DNA from: Chrysomallon squamiferum
Lineage: Eukaryota > Animalia > Mollusca
Assembly (NCBI GenBank): GCA_012295275.1
Contig: CM022677.1
Span: 10,168,001-10,232,000 of the forward strand
Reading direction: 5' to 3'
DNA: 64,000 nucleotides
The position numbers and the translations under genes were made by a program. The notes under the pieces were generated by a model. That model searched no databases. It was not told the DNA's origin and saw nothing but the letters and a program-made list of their open reading frames with translations. The number at the start of each line of letters is the position of its first letter. Position 1 is the first letter of the stretch. Below are positions 40,298 through 53,389 of the stretch, piece by piece.

Positions 40298-43200
40298 CTG
40301 TAGAGCTGCCAGCAAAACATGAACAGTCCTTAATTCAAAAATGAAAGAAGACATGTGAAAGTTTCAGTTCAGCTAACAGTAATAAATAACTTAACCCTGA
40401 AATTATAATTTTTTTTAATATATAAAGAAAACCACTGTTACAATATCTGAGAATTTGTTCCAGGGAAATCTTGTAAGGTCTCATTAATATAAATTTTGAT
40501 TTATTAAAGATGCTGAATAGTTATGTCTAGAACCTAATACCTGATAAACAGTGGTAACGTAGAAAATTAATGCCTGAAATATTTGTGTTCATACTGTTTA
40601 GAATTTGACTGGAAAAGCATTTGATTATTGTTACTATTTTAAATGTTTGTTTTAAAATCTGTAGATTATGGAAAAACATCTACTCTAAAAAAGATAAAAA
40701 AATAAAAAAATAAAAAATAATATATATTTAATAACACTGTCTCTCATATATATATATATATATATACACATAAGTCTATAAATTTTGAATATAAGTCAGT
40801 TTAAAAAATATTCTTGAAAACATTACTTACCTCGGCAGCTAGCTCCCATTTTCCTGCTTTCAGTAATAAATTAATTATTCTTCCCTGAAAACAGAAGAAC
40901 ATGAAATATGATCAAACTGAAAACAGAAGAACATGAAATATAATCAAACTGAAAAAATACTCTTTCTAGACTGTAATAAAAACAAAACAAAAAACCCAGT
41001 AATTTAATGTTCTTCAGAACATATTACAAAAAATATATTACAAACTTTATTTCAAACATTTTGAATATATATAACAATTGTTTTTCCTTTTTTTTTTTGC
41101 TTTTTGTGTATTGAAAATTATTAAAATTAAAGAAATAAATAAAATAAAAACAAAAAAAATATTTCATAAATTAATAAATAAATATTAATAATAAAAATTA
41201 TTTTATTTTATATATTTTGTTTCAAAGAATAAAAAAAATATAAATGATTATTATATATGACAGAAAGATATTTTTTAATGACAGCTATACCTTCATATCC
41301 TTATTGTCATTTCCATGGTGATGGGTTGTAAAACTGGCATCACTTTCAAGAAATTAGGATAACACAGCAAACAGCCCAGCACAGACACTGTCTCTTCCCA
41401 CAGTGGCTGCAGTGAAGTAAAAACCTGCCTCTAGCACACAGCGATAACTCGTCATCAAATTAGAGAAATCACATTGTCTTAAGTCTTTAGGTTTTACTTT
41501 TATGTAACACATCAACAAGTTTTAAAAATTTAATTATTAAAACCTCGTTAAAGACAACACTTAGAGAAATATATTTATTCTTTTTTTTATTATTATTGTT
41601 ATTGTTATTGTTATTGTTATTATTATTTATTTATTTTGTATATACAGAAGTTAAATATCTGCATAAACACTGGCAACCAAACGATCGTTATTCATTTAGG
41701 AATTTTAGTAGTATTAATGAGATTTTCTGCTGTATTACTTTCATCATGAGCAAAGTCTGGCTTCATTAATTAAAAAAATCCCTTGAACAATAATAATATA
41801 TTTAAATTATTCATTTCATTACATTTACATTTTAACAGATAATAAAAGGAACTCACCAGTTTGATAAGATTACTGTCCCTGGATGTGCCCTACCAGAGAG
41901 AAAGGTTTTGTTGCACATTCCTAACCAGCAAATCAATCAAATCCTGAGAGCAAAACATTCACACTTATCAACACTTTAAATCTAAATAAAACCTTTAACT
42001 AAATAAATACTATAAATGTGATGATGGTTAATCAAATACAAGTGTTTACTAATTAGCCATATCATGTTCTTCTGTTTTCAGTGTGATCATATAGTAGGTA
42101 TGAATGAATTTTATACTGAATATATAAGTCAACATGATGGATAAACTTTTTTTGCTTTGTTCAGCTAAGATCATTAATGAAGAAACCAATATAATTAAAC
42201 ATTAACATTGCCAATACCTTTTCCAAATTTTCAATGGCTCAGTTCTATGATTATTTTGAAAACATTAAAATAAAAAAAAAAAAAATGAAAATAACTAACT
42301 TTAAAAACACTGCACACTATTTACCATGCATTTTGGTTACAAATAGTGAAATAACCAGGAACATATTGAAAGCTAAACAAACACTTACTGATCTCTTAAT
42401 TTCTCTTTTTAAATCACTTGAAAAATTCTTCATTTTCACACCCCTATTATTTAAATTTTTTTTCTTAATTTTTTTTTTATAATACAAAATTCAGATTTTT
42501 TCAAATATTTTTCATATAATAACCAGATGTTTTCAAATAAATAAATAAAGTTGTAATAATAACAATAATATTTTTTTCCTTTCTAGTGAAGTCAACTAAA
42601 ATTTATAATAATAATTTAAAAAGTTACTAAGAGATTTATTTCCAGTGTAGTTGTAGACAGTCATTGGTGATGATGCTGGTGCTGATGTGGTCACAGATGT
42701 TAGTTCAGGTATGAGTGTTTCAGGTGCAGCTACTTTAGACTCCATTTTCATGGAACCTCCCCTTCCCCAAATCCTCATAGAATCTGCAGTCATCTTTAGT
42801 TCTGTAGACAAAACATTGTCTCGACCAAATAAATATGAAAACATTTTTGCAAAGCAAATTATATTATCAATATTAAAAGATGTCTGAAGCTACCAGAAAA
42901 TAACTGTTAATAACCTAGAAAAAATTGAAACAGTTATAAAAATGTATATGTAATGTTATACATAAAAATATTCAAATTAGTTCATTTTGTTTCTGACACT
43001 TTTCAAAATTCATTTTTCACAAACATCCATAAAAATGAACATATTACAACAATTTCACTTAATAATAAAGTAATTAATGAGGATAAATAAATACAAATTT
43101 TAATACTTCTGAAAAATATATAAAACAAGTCATCAGCAAATATGTTTTAAATTTCTAACTGACGTTCCAAATCATTTTTTCTATTTTTGTTCACTCAACT

Positions 43201-45960
43201 AGAGTTAGAGCCAGCAAGTTTCAACCATAACCCTGTCTTACCAAGACATGAGTTAATGTCTCCATTGTTTTCTAATCAAAAACTTTTAAATTAACCTATG
43301 TATTCCAGAGAAATTAGTTACTGATCCAAAAATAATTTTCTAAACTGTTATGACATTTTAAATTAAAATATAGAATTCTGATAAACAAAATTAAGTGTAA
43401 CTATCTTATTTAGGTTAAGCTTTTGTTAATGTTGTTTATGGTTTCTGAGTTAACATTACTTTACAATGTAATTAAGAATGGAAGTACAAAACAGATGAAG
43501 ATTTATTTCTTACTGATTTCTCTTTGATGAGTTCCATCCAGGATGTAAGGCTTGGAAACACTTGAAGAAATGTGACCCCTGGCTTTGTCAGAAAGTGTGC
43601 CTATTGCAAATGTGACAGACACAGCAGCCCGCTCTGATTAGCAAGTTCATTTTTATGACTGACTCATTAAAGAAACTCATCCTGCAGTTCACCTCATCTA
43701 AAGACATTTAAGCTGGCTTTTATCCATATCACATTATTGTCTGAAAAAAAAAAATTAAAATTAAATACATTCAAAATTACATTTATCAATCTCTTTATAT
43801 TCTGACATCAATGTCATGAGATTATTCAAAGCCACAACTTAGAATCACACTTAAAAATATAATAATTGGAGATAATTTACCTTTAAATGAGTATTAAAAG
43901 AGTGAGAAAAATGAAAGATATATAGTACTTATATCATACTTCATACTCTATAATAAATTTTTAATTTTTGAATCTTTTAGTTTTGGAAACTTAACACTGA
44001 TTTTATCTGCATTAACAATATACAACAAATTTAACAGAAATAGTTCAGAAGAATATATAAAGGGATTATGTAACCCTTGGCCAACATGAATGAGTTCTAA
44101 CTTATTATAAAAACTTTTTTCTCTGGTTACAAAACCAAATAATTACTAATTACCATGTCTTCTATTCCATCTGCACATTCATAACTCTATGTTCAACACC
44201 TTCTTGCATAATTCAGTCTGAAATACAAACATTAATAAAGCTAATTACACATAATCAACAAATACATGTATTTTTTTTTAATAAAAGGTGCTTAACCTTC
44301 ACTTCATAGGTTTTATTAACAATGTTTTAATTTTAGTGACCATCACTAAACCATGTACTTCCATGACAACATAAAGCTTATTTGTTACACTCTAAATTGT
44401 CCCTTATAATTTTTTTTTTTATTAACAACCACAAAAACAACAACAGCAGTATTATAATTTGTATTATAAATGTCCATTATATTTTTTTTTTTTCTAAACA
44501 GAATAATTATTCATTTTCCTTCAAACCAAAGAAAACAGTTAATTGTAAACATTTTTGATATTCTGCTTAATTTTGAATAAAAGCCTTCAAAAATCTCTAA
44601 ATTTGTTTTGAAAATGAAAAATAAATAATAAAAATAATAAATAAATAAACATAAAATCCTAAATCATTAAATGAATAAATTTTATTTCAAGTGACATTTT
44701 TTGTTGTTGTTTTTTTTTTTTTTTTTTTTGCTGGATTTTTTTTAGTTTTTTTTTTAAGATGTCTTTCATTACACTACTTGCAAATTAACCCTTGTTTACT
44801 CTTGTCCTCTGTCTATGCATGTCTGGTATGGCTCTTTTACTATACAATCAACTGATTACTCTGAGCCTAGGATTCTTTACGTTCATTATTCAAAACTATA
44901 ATTAATCATTTTAGATACAAAATCAAGTAGAAACTGATATTACATTCTGATGATGCAAAAAGAAAATAATTTTCATTATTACAGATTAAATTAGGTCAGG
45001 CTTATTATTTGAAAGTGTGTTAACTGGTGTGTATTTTGCCAGGGTAACAAACAACAAAAAGCTGAATCAAAGCAATGGAGATTTGTTATTGTAAAGTTCA
45101 GTACCAGAAAGCATTTCTTAAACACTCCAGTCACTTTCTTCATTGTACCAGTATGTCTGAAGGAAAAGAGTAAAGCCTGAAACAAACTATTACTTTATTA
45201 TTAGCAAAGGTTTGCAAATGTTAACAGAACAAACCATACCCCAAGAGTATATATATATATATATGAAACAAAATATTATTTTATTATTAACAAAGTTTGG
45301 TAAACAATACAATGATCTAATAATATATAAATATATTCATGCTAAACAAAACAAAATATTATTCTATTATATTATTATTATTATTAAAGATAGGCCAACA
45401 TTAACAAATAAATCAAAGCATCACTTAACCAGTAAAACAGTTATTTGAAAGTATACAAAACAAAACAAAGCATTACTTTATTATTAAGAAAGTTTGGCAA
45501 AGATGTATAAATGTATCATTTAAAAATATTTTAAGCTAATAAAAACATTACTTTATTATTATTAAAGACTGGCAAATATTAACAAATGAAACAGTAATCT
45601 AATTTAGTTTACTAATTTAGTACAAGATTGTTTTATTACAAACAAAACAAAAAAACTTCTGTGTGAAATATATATCTGAAGTAAAAAAACAATAAAGAAA
45701 ATAAAAAATAAAATAAAAACGCATAATCTGTTACCAAAATAGCAGAATGATGTGCACGCATTTGCACAAAAAAATAATCCAGTTTGAAAAGTTTGATTAA
45801 GTTGTAAAACTAGTTAGGAAAGGCGCGTGACTGTACGGTTTTGTAATATGAACAACCATCCTTACCTTTATCAGTGTAAATCATAAAAAGTTCTGAAAAT
45901 AATTGAATTTGGAAGTTTAAAAACTTCCGATCGAAATCTAAGATGGCAACCTCGAACGCC
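40298..45960 (-). pseudogene. Unprocessed multi-exon pseudogene of an unidentified, probably helical-repeat protein
   Basis: GT-AG bounded exon-like blocks lie at ~45866-45950, ~44985-45157, 44154-44217, 43514-43740, ~42640-42913, 41857-41943, 41291-~41560, 40831-40884 and 40541-40573. Their protein-like frames are broken by stops, e.g. DLIDLLVRNVQQNLSLW*GTSRDSNLIKL, and one short exon reads GRIINLLLKAGKWELAAE. Confidence 0.65.
45920..45952. promoter_or_regulatory. ETS-like (acttccg) and YY1-like (aagatggc) motifs at the 5' end of the pseudogene
   Basis: The motifs lie just upstream of a consensus aag|gtaagg donor at 45866 on the minus strand. Confidence 0.4.
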
Positions 45961-46496
45961 GATCAGTGTTTACAAACTTTTAAACACGTATTCATAATGC
46001 AATCAATTCTACATGGATTATAAAAAGTGATTTGGGGAAATATGTCATTTAATCAATGCCTCGAATACATAGATGTCTGTTATTGAGTAGAATTGCTGCA
46101 AAGGTCGAAATCTTTTTTTTTTTTTTTTTTTTGTTGCTAACTTTGATACCTTCGCGTGTATGTTTCGTACTATATATTTTTTTCAGATATTACGACGTTG
46201 TCAGCCAAAAACAAAATAAAATAAAATAAAATGAAATAAAATAATAATAATAATAAATAAGAATTCATCACTTTATTATTTAAAACTGAATATATACATA
46301 CATACAGCAAAACATACATGTATGCATACATACATGTAACAATACTCTCTCTCTCTCTCATAAAAACAATAAACAATTGATTAATTTCGTTATATTTTTA
46401 ATATATATTTTTTTTTCGTCACGTTTTCGTCCTCCTCTCCGAGATTCTGTGACATAAACTAATATTCTTATCCAGTTTCACTTGTAAAAACTGTTT

Positions 46497-46703
46497 TCAC
46501 ATCGGTATAGGTCTTGGTACACCGGTGACGCACTGTTTGCGGCAGTCTACGGTACAACACAGTTTCCCATCTCTGCAGTCTCTGTCCGAAGTGCATCCAC
46601 TTAAGAGAGGCTCAAACAACCGTGAACACTTGATGCCACGCTGGACTGGGCATATAGTATCAAATTCTGGAATGGCTGAATGAATATAACTATTTCAATA
46701 AAT

Positions 46704-46750
<47 letters not shown>

Positions 46751-47154
46751 AATGAATATAGGTATTTTTTGACGACATATATGCACACACACACACACAC
46801 ATATACACACTCATGTACATAAATATTTGTCTATACATTTATATAGAGCTACAACTGAACCTCCCAAAAAACCAAAACCGCTGCATGTACATGTTTAAAA
46901 TACGTATATAAGTTATTTGTTAATGAACTACACACGCACATTGACACACACACAATACACACACATATACATACACAAACATACACACACATACGCACGG
47001 ATGCGTACTTACGTAATGGTTTCTGACATGTTGTACATGCAGAAATTAAGACAGCAAATTTTGATTTTGCCTGTGAAATAACAATAATAATAATAACAAC
47101 AGCCACAACAGCAAGAATAACATAATAACAATAAGAGTGACAATAACAAATTGT

Positions 47155-47219
<65 letters not shown>

Positions 47220-47366
47220 TATGGTAATAACAATTACAAGATCAAACAATAATAATGAAAATGGTAACAACAACATCAATAATAACGATATAAACAACAG
47301 TAATAACAATAATAATAATAAAAATAATAACTAACAGTAAGAATAACAGTTACAACAACAATTACA

Positions 47367-47403
<37 letters not shown>

Positions 47404-47936
47404 TAATATGCATAATCTTCATCTGATATTAAGAATATCAGCAAATACAACAAATAATAATAATCGATATTGTACTATTACTAAATTTTAATAATGATGA
47501 TTATGATTCACTATGATAATGACTACGATGATGAATATAACTTACCTGGCGGGCAGCCACTAGGTCGACAGTCTGCTAAAGGTGGTGGTCTGGTCATTGA
47601 AGAAATCACACTTTGGCATTTTACCAATATATCCATTAATAACACCAGGAGGCGGACCACACCGAGCCGAGTTGTAACTGAGACAAACTTGAAAACAAAA
47701 CCTTTATTAACATCACGTAACGTAATAACTATAAAACTTTATTATATAAAACTGAATAATTTAGGAAAACAAACAGACAAACAAAAAATAAATAATAAAA
47801 ATAAAAATGATGATAATAATGATAATAATAATAACAACAACAACAACAATGATAATAATGTTTAAAAAAACAAGAAGAAAAATGAAATGAATAAGTAACA
47901 TCAAAACAAGAAAATATACTCACTAAAATCGCACAT
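46497..47936 (-). CDS. Secreted WAP (four-disulfide core) domain protein, 104 aa
   Basis: Exons are 47936-47924, 47677-47546 and 46666-46497, all phase 1. The product is MCDFITTRLGVVRLLVLLMDILVKCQS (signal-like)...ICPVQRGIKCSRLFEPLLSGCTSDRDCRDGKLCCTVDCRKQCV, an 8-Cys WAP pattern CP..C..C..DxDC....CC...C...C. The start codon is less certain. A 5' UTR exon is likely with a donor near 48374. Confidence 0.85.
47150..47410. repeat. (AAT)n/(AAC)n microsatellite tract in WAP gene intron
   Basis: Seen directly in the sequence. Confidence 0.9.
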
Positions 47937-48005
47937 ACAAAAGCAATCCCAGTTCCATGTCAGCTTCTACGAAAATAACGTTGTTCTGTACTCACACGAT
48001 GGTAA

Positions 48006-48036
<31 letters not shown>

Positions 48037-48268
48037 GAGAAAAAAGATTTTAAGATATTATTTTAATCCTTCTTTATCTCTTTTCCACACTGTATCATTA
48101 TCTGCCTTTCTCACAAACAAACAACACATACCATATACACAAAAAAAAAAAAGAAACACACACACACACACACACACAACACATAACCTATGTTAAGAAT
48201 TATAATTTAAAACAGATCTACATTATTATTAAAATTTTAAACGAAAAAAAAAAATTATTTTCTGACGC

Positions 48269-48300
<32 letters not shown>

Positions 48301-49815
48301 AGAACAACAACAAAAATAATAATCTGAATGAATTATTATGAATAGGCAGTTCCATTTGTTTATATTTACTCACAGGCCGCTCTACTGTATAGGCAAATTA
48401 CGGTCAGGCAGCGTTGATTTCTGTGAGGGGAAGTATTTCTCCAAATCAACAACAGTTGAAAAATAAATAAATTTCAGTTTTATAGAGGATTGTTTTTTGT
48501 TGTTGTTGTTGTTGTTCTTTTTATCCTGGTTTATTTCATACAGGGACAAAGTTTCGGGTAGATTCAGTCTGACCGGAAAATGAGCGAGTGAAAACCGCGC
48601 GTACATGAAACTTTCAGGACGTAATTATGTTCGCTTGATTTTATAGGCCACGAGCTTCTCCGTTGAATCAGTTTGCCGCGGAAACCAAACTGAGGGCGGT
48701 AACGCCTTATTTTAATCGTATAAACAAGGAAAGAAATGGCCAGTGTGCAGGATTTAAATATCTGCATTTATTCATCAGCAAAATTTGGTTTCAGGTGTAT
48801 TATATTAATATTGAGGGTCTGTTGGTTCATCACTAATGTCGATCTTTACGTTTCTTTATTCTTGTTTTAATAAAATAATATCAAGTAGTGTTTTTGTGGG
48901 GGGTCCAGATATTGGAGCACACAGGAATAATGTTTGTTTGTTTTTTTCTTTTAAATTACCCTTGGTCTTTTTTATTTCTGTTTTTTTCTTTAAATTTATT
49001 GTTTATAAATTTTAAAACTGATATTTTCCAGGGTCGCCTGAATCTGACATTGCCTAGTTTGCCAGACAGTGTGGCGCCGGCCCTGTTTACACATAACTAT
49101 AGAGTGGTGCCCGTGGGGCAGAGCAAAAATGTTCCTACATCATTCTAAGCGTAACGTATAAATTTATGTTTAAAAAAATATTCGTTTAGAAATCCAAATA
49201 GAGCTCCTATTTGGGTTGATTGCATCAGTTTTCGACCTGAAAAATACTGTAAAAAGCGGTGTATATGAAATATACTGCGCATGAAATAGCGTTTATTTTG
49301 AGTTTTTTGTTTTTGTTTTTTTTGTTGTTGTTGTTCTTTTTGAATTAACAAAATTACAATTGCAGTTAACTGGCTCTTGTGTTTCGACAGAAAGAAAACA
49401 GCGCAGTGCAGGAAATAGGCAACATCTTTAAAAATATGATATAATAATTAAAAATGTTCACTGCGTTCGTGTTCAGTAGTGTCCGCTAAGAGACATACAG
49501 TCGGGACTGAGAACAACATCCATACATGGCCGTTCATCTCAGGGACCGCTAAAGACAATAATAGTATTCCGTTAAAGCGGACATTTATTCCTATTTTGAT
49601 TTGTTTTCTTGCCAAACTGTGCGAATTCAACCAGTTTGGTACATAATTCTGTATTTCATTCATTCATTCTTAGTTGACTTTTAAAAGTATTATTTTAATT
49701 TAAACTTACTAAAAAAAAAAAAAAAAAAAAAAAATATTCTTCTTATCCTTTCGTATAATCGTAATTGAATCGTTTGGTTTCAAAAAAAAATAATAATAAT
49801 AAAAATAAGTAAATA

Positions 49816-49853
<38 letters not shown>

Positions 49854-50417
49854 AAAAAAAAAAAAAAAACCCAGAAAGAAAATAAATGAAAAAAGGCTTA
49901 CTACAAACAAGTAGTAAAGTTATTTTTAAATAAAATATTCCAGCATTTCTTTTTCTTAACTAATTAAAAGTTAGAAAAACATCTAATAATTTTAAATAAG
50001 TTAACTGACGTTTTCTTCTGTATCTTGCCGCACACAAGAAAATGATGCTGTCTCAGAATATACTGATAATTCATGTTGGGTGTGGATTAGCTGTGCAACT
50101 GTATGTTAAACAGAATTGATCTACCATGCGTACTACAATTTTGAAAACTGTTTATTAGGTCTATAATAATCAAAACCTTATTTGTGACCCTTCATTTTTC
50201 ACCGTTTGTTTCTAATGTTTATATTTTATACCTCCAGAGCTAAATATATAACCCAGTTCACTGAGTTCAAATTAATTTATTATACAAAAAAATAAATAAA
50301 TAAATAAAATAAAATAAAATAAAATAAAATAAAGTTTGTAGTCTCGATCACAACAGAGTTTATTTTGTTGTAGGTACAGGCTGATCAGAGGCTGGCAGAA
50401 TAACACGGAAGATAAAC

Positions 50418-52377
50418 ATGAATCGTTTCGTTTATTTAGCGTTTTTCCTGAATTTGTGCACTCTGATTGATGGTCACGACGCAGTAGTTAGTTTATCAAG
50501 ACTGTTTTCACAAAGCAGTACGTATACTTATTTACCTTTTACTTGGAGTAAGCCTGTGCTTTGTTTTATTATCTGTTAATATTATTATTATTTAGAATTT
50601 AGCCTGTATGAATGTATCAGTGTATCATGTGACTGTATGGATATATCCATTGTTACTATTAATATGCCTTATTATATGGTATTCTCAACGAATCGGAGTG
50701 GCATATTAAAAGTATATATATATATATATAAAATGATATTTTTCTAGATCGATTAGCCTGGACCAGCACCCAGATTATTTTTTGTCTGATGTATGCACAT
50801 GGTTACTGTTAATAAGGATCATTACATCTTTGTAATATATTGAAATGTATAGTCAAAAGTTTTCTTGAAAGCTGGACATGTATGTGTGTGTGTGTGTGTT
50901 TTTTTTTACTTGAACAAAGTAGAATGAAATGGGGTTAATAAAAAAAAAAATCTCTTTTCAGATGATGTAGATGTTAAGCAGTCAGGATGTGGGTGTTCTA
51001 ACTTAAGCTGTGGCTGTTGTGCACATCTTCAACTTAAGGACATTGGACTGAATGATACGGGTAAGGAGAATGTTTAAACATTTATTTTTATTTATTCCAG
51101 CCGAAACAAAATTTCAAAATGTTTTTTTTTTCTCCACACTTGGTGAAATTGCATTTCAGGGTATGTGAAACTTTGGTGATCACAGTCCTATTAGAGCCAA
51201 AGTTGACATAAAGAAATAAAGAAATTTAGATAAATGAAAATCATTAAATTGATGTTCTGCAGTCTTTAGCTGAAAATGCTGGTGTCTTTTCCTTTGCAGT
51301 GGCTCATGTACACACACTTATACATATAAAATTTCATCCTGTTTTTAGTTTCTGTTGCATTTGTAATACAGACCAGTCCATCTATTTTTGATCAAAAATT
51401 TGATTAACAGAAAAATGAACTTGTAAATTGTTAAATAGTTAATATTTTTCTTCTTTTATTGCAGTTTGTGTGAATATTACTTACATTCCCAAAGACATAG
51501 GAGTGTCTCTTACTGTCAGCTTAAATGGAGTCGTCTATTACAACAAAACAGTATCTGGTAAATATATTACACTTTCTGTGTTGTCTATTACATCAAAACA
51601 CAAAACAGTGTCTGGTAAATACATTACACTTTCTGTGTTGTCTATTACATCAAAACAGTGTCTGGTAAATATATTACACTTTCTGTGTTGTCTATTAACA
51701 CAACAACACAGGATCTGATAAATAAATTACACTTTTTGAGTAAATTAATAATACGTTTAATTAATTTTAATAGGTACTATTTTTTATCAATATTAATGAA
51801 TCATAAAATATTAACCTCAAAAACCAACATTTCATGATATTTTCAAGATATTAAAAATTTGCTTTATCAGTATGTGGTGACATTTATAATTACCGATTTT
51901 TTTAAATGATTATTTATTTTGTTTAATTATTCATGAGTCTGTGTTAACATTTTCGTTCGCTTTCATTATTAAACCAGTCAGAATTTGTAATTACAGTTTT
52001 GTATTGAGATTTATATACAAATAGTTTTATTTTTAATTTAATATTTTTATTAGTATAATTTTTTATTTTTTTTTGCAGTACGGAATCCTCCTCCACTTTG
52101 TTTTGGAGTTCCATACTTGAAGAAATACGCCAGCCTGTGTATTCAGCTGTACTCGCTGGCCGTGAAAAACCACACCCTGTCTGGTTGTGTGCGTGTTGTT
52201 GCTAGACTTGAAGGAGTCATTGTGGAAAAGTTTGAACTGGGATGTTTCAGGATACCTCCAGGAAAACAACACGAGATTAACATTCTGAGGTTTCAGCAGA
52301 AAACACAGAAACCATTTGAATATTTAGACTGGGACCCACTTGCAAAACTTATGAAATATATTAAAAATGAAAACTGA
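50418..52377 (+). CDS. Secreted cysteine-rich DUF4773-family protein (4 exons)
   Basis: Exons 50418-50517, 50962-51060, 51465-51557 and 52079-52377 are all phase 1. Signal peptide MNRFVYLAFFLNLCTLIDG is followed by CGCSNLSCGCC...VCVNITY...LNGVVYYNKTVSVRNPPPLCFGVP...ASLCIQLY...LSGC, the pattern typical of DUF4773. Confidence 0.88.
51530..51735. repeat. 50-57-bp tandem repeat spanning the exon 3 donor site
   Basis: Three full copies and one degenerate copy of aaaacagtgtctg|gtaaatatattacactttctgtgttgtctatta. Confidence 0.92.
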
Positions 52378-52813
52378 GCAAAATATGTAAACTGTGTTAA
52401 TAAAAATGTGAATATTGTCAGAACGTAATGTTAATCACCAGGGTTTGACGGCAAGGTTTTTGACAACTTGTACATGGAGGACATATTTTAAATAAACAGT
52501 ATATTTAAGGTCCAACATTTTTAATATTCCAGATTTAAATTTTATAATGAACTGTTTGAAAAAAATTAAATATGTGATTTAGTTCAACCCTTGCTTTTAA
52601 AATATCATTTTTATACTTATATTTTCTCAAATAGCATTGTATTTTCTTAAATTCTTTTTTAAACTTCATTTTTGTTTTTCAAATTATTTTCAATTCTTGT
52701 TGTTAATTAATAAATAATTTTCATATAATTATGGAATTTTTCTTTGTTGTGATCATAGTAATCTGATATTGTAAAAAGAAGATAAAAAAGTATACATATT
52801 TATTAATAATTAA

Positions 52814-53389
52814 CTCTACTCTTATCTACGAATAATTTAAAAAAAAGGGAGGTATGAGTCAAACAAAACAAATATTACCTCTATTTACTTTATTTCTTTA
52901 CAAGATAAAAGGTAAACATATATATTATCTTAAGATTGTGAAATCACTAAAACTTTAAGAGAAATTTGTGACACTACTATTTTACCTAGGGATTTCAAGG
53001 AGTACTAAAATTAGTGATTTTGTTTACTTAAAGAAAAGTGCTATTATATTGCACATCTTTACTGGACACATTTTAGGAAGATTATGAATAAATATGTAAT
53101 AAAGCATCATTTTGTTGATTTTGTGTGATTCCTAGATATTTTATGATTTTGTGAAATCCATAAATAAACTATTTCACAGTCATGAAAGTTTAGGGTTTTC
53201 ATTAAACCACTACTTTCACAACCATGCAATAACATGTACTTTACTGTACATATGGTTTTCTTCACAATCTTAAGATGATATATATGTTTATTTTTCATCC
53301 TGTAAAGAAATAAAGTAAATACAGGTAATATTTGTTTTGTTTGACTCATACCTCCCTTTCCTTTTAATTATTCGTAGATATGAGTAGAG
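52814..53389. mobile_element. MITE/foldback element with ~129-bp terminal inverted repeats
   Basis: 52814-52942 is the near-identical reverse complement of 53261-53389. The interior is non-coding and no clear TSD was seen. Confidence 0.85.

Noticed and set aside
41857-42913. Recurrent in-frame TGG TAG as A-to-I recoding or readthrough sites
   Set aside because: Neighbouring exons also hold TAA/TGA stops and phase breaks, so ordinary pseudogene decay is more parsimonious.
47538-47560. acttacctggc resembles the U1 snRNA 5' end
   Set aside because: It is the reverse complement of the consensus donor ccag|gtaagt of the WAP gene exon. No further U1 sequence follows.
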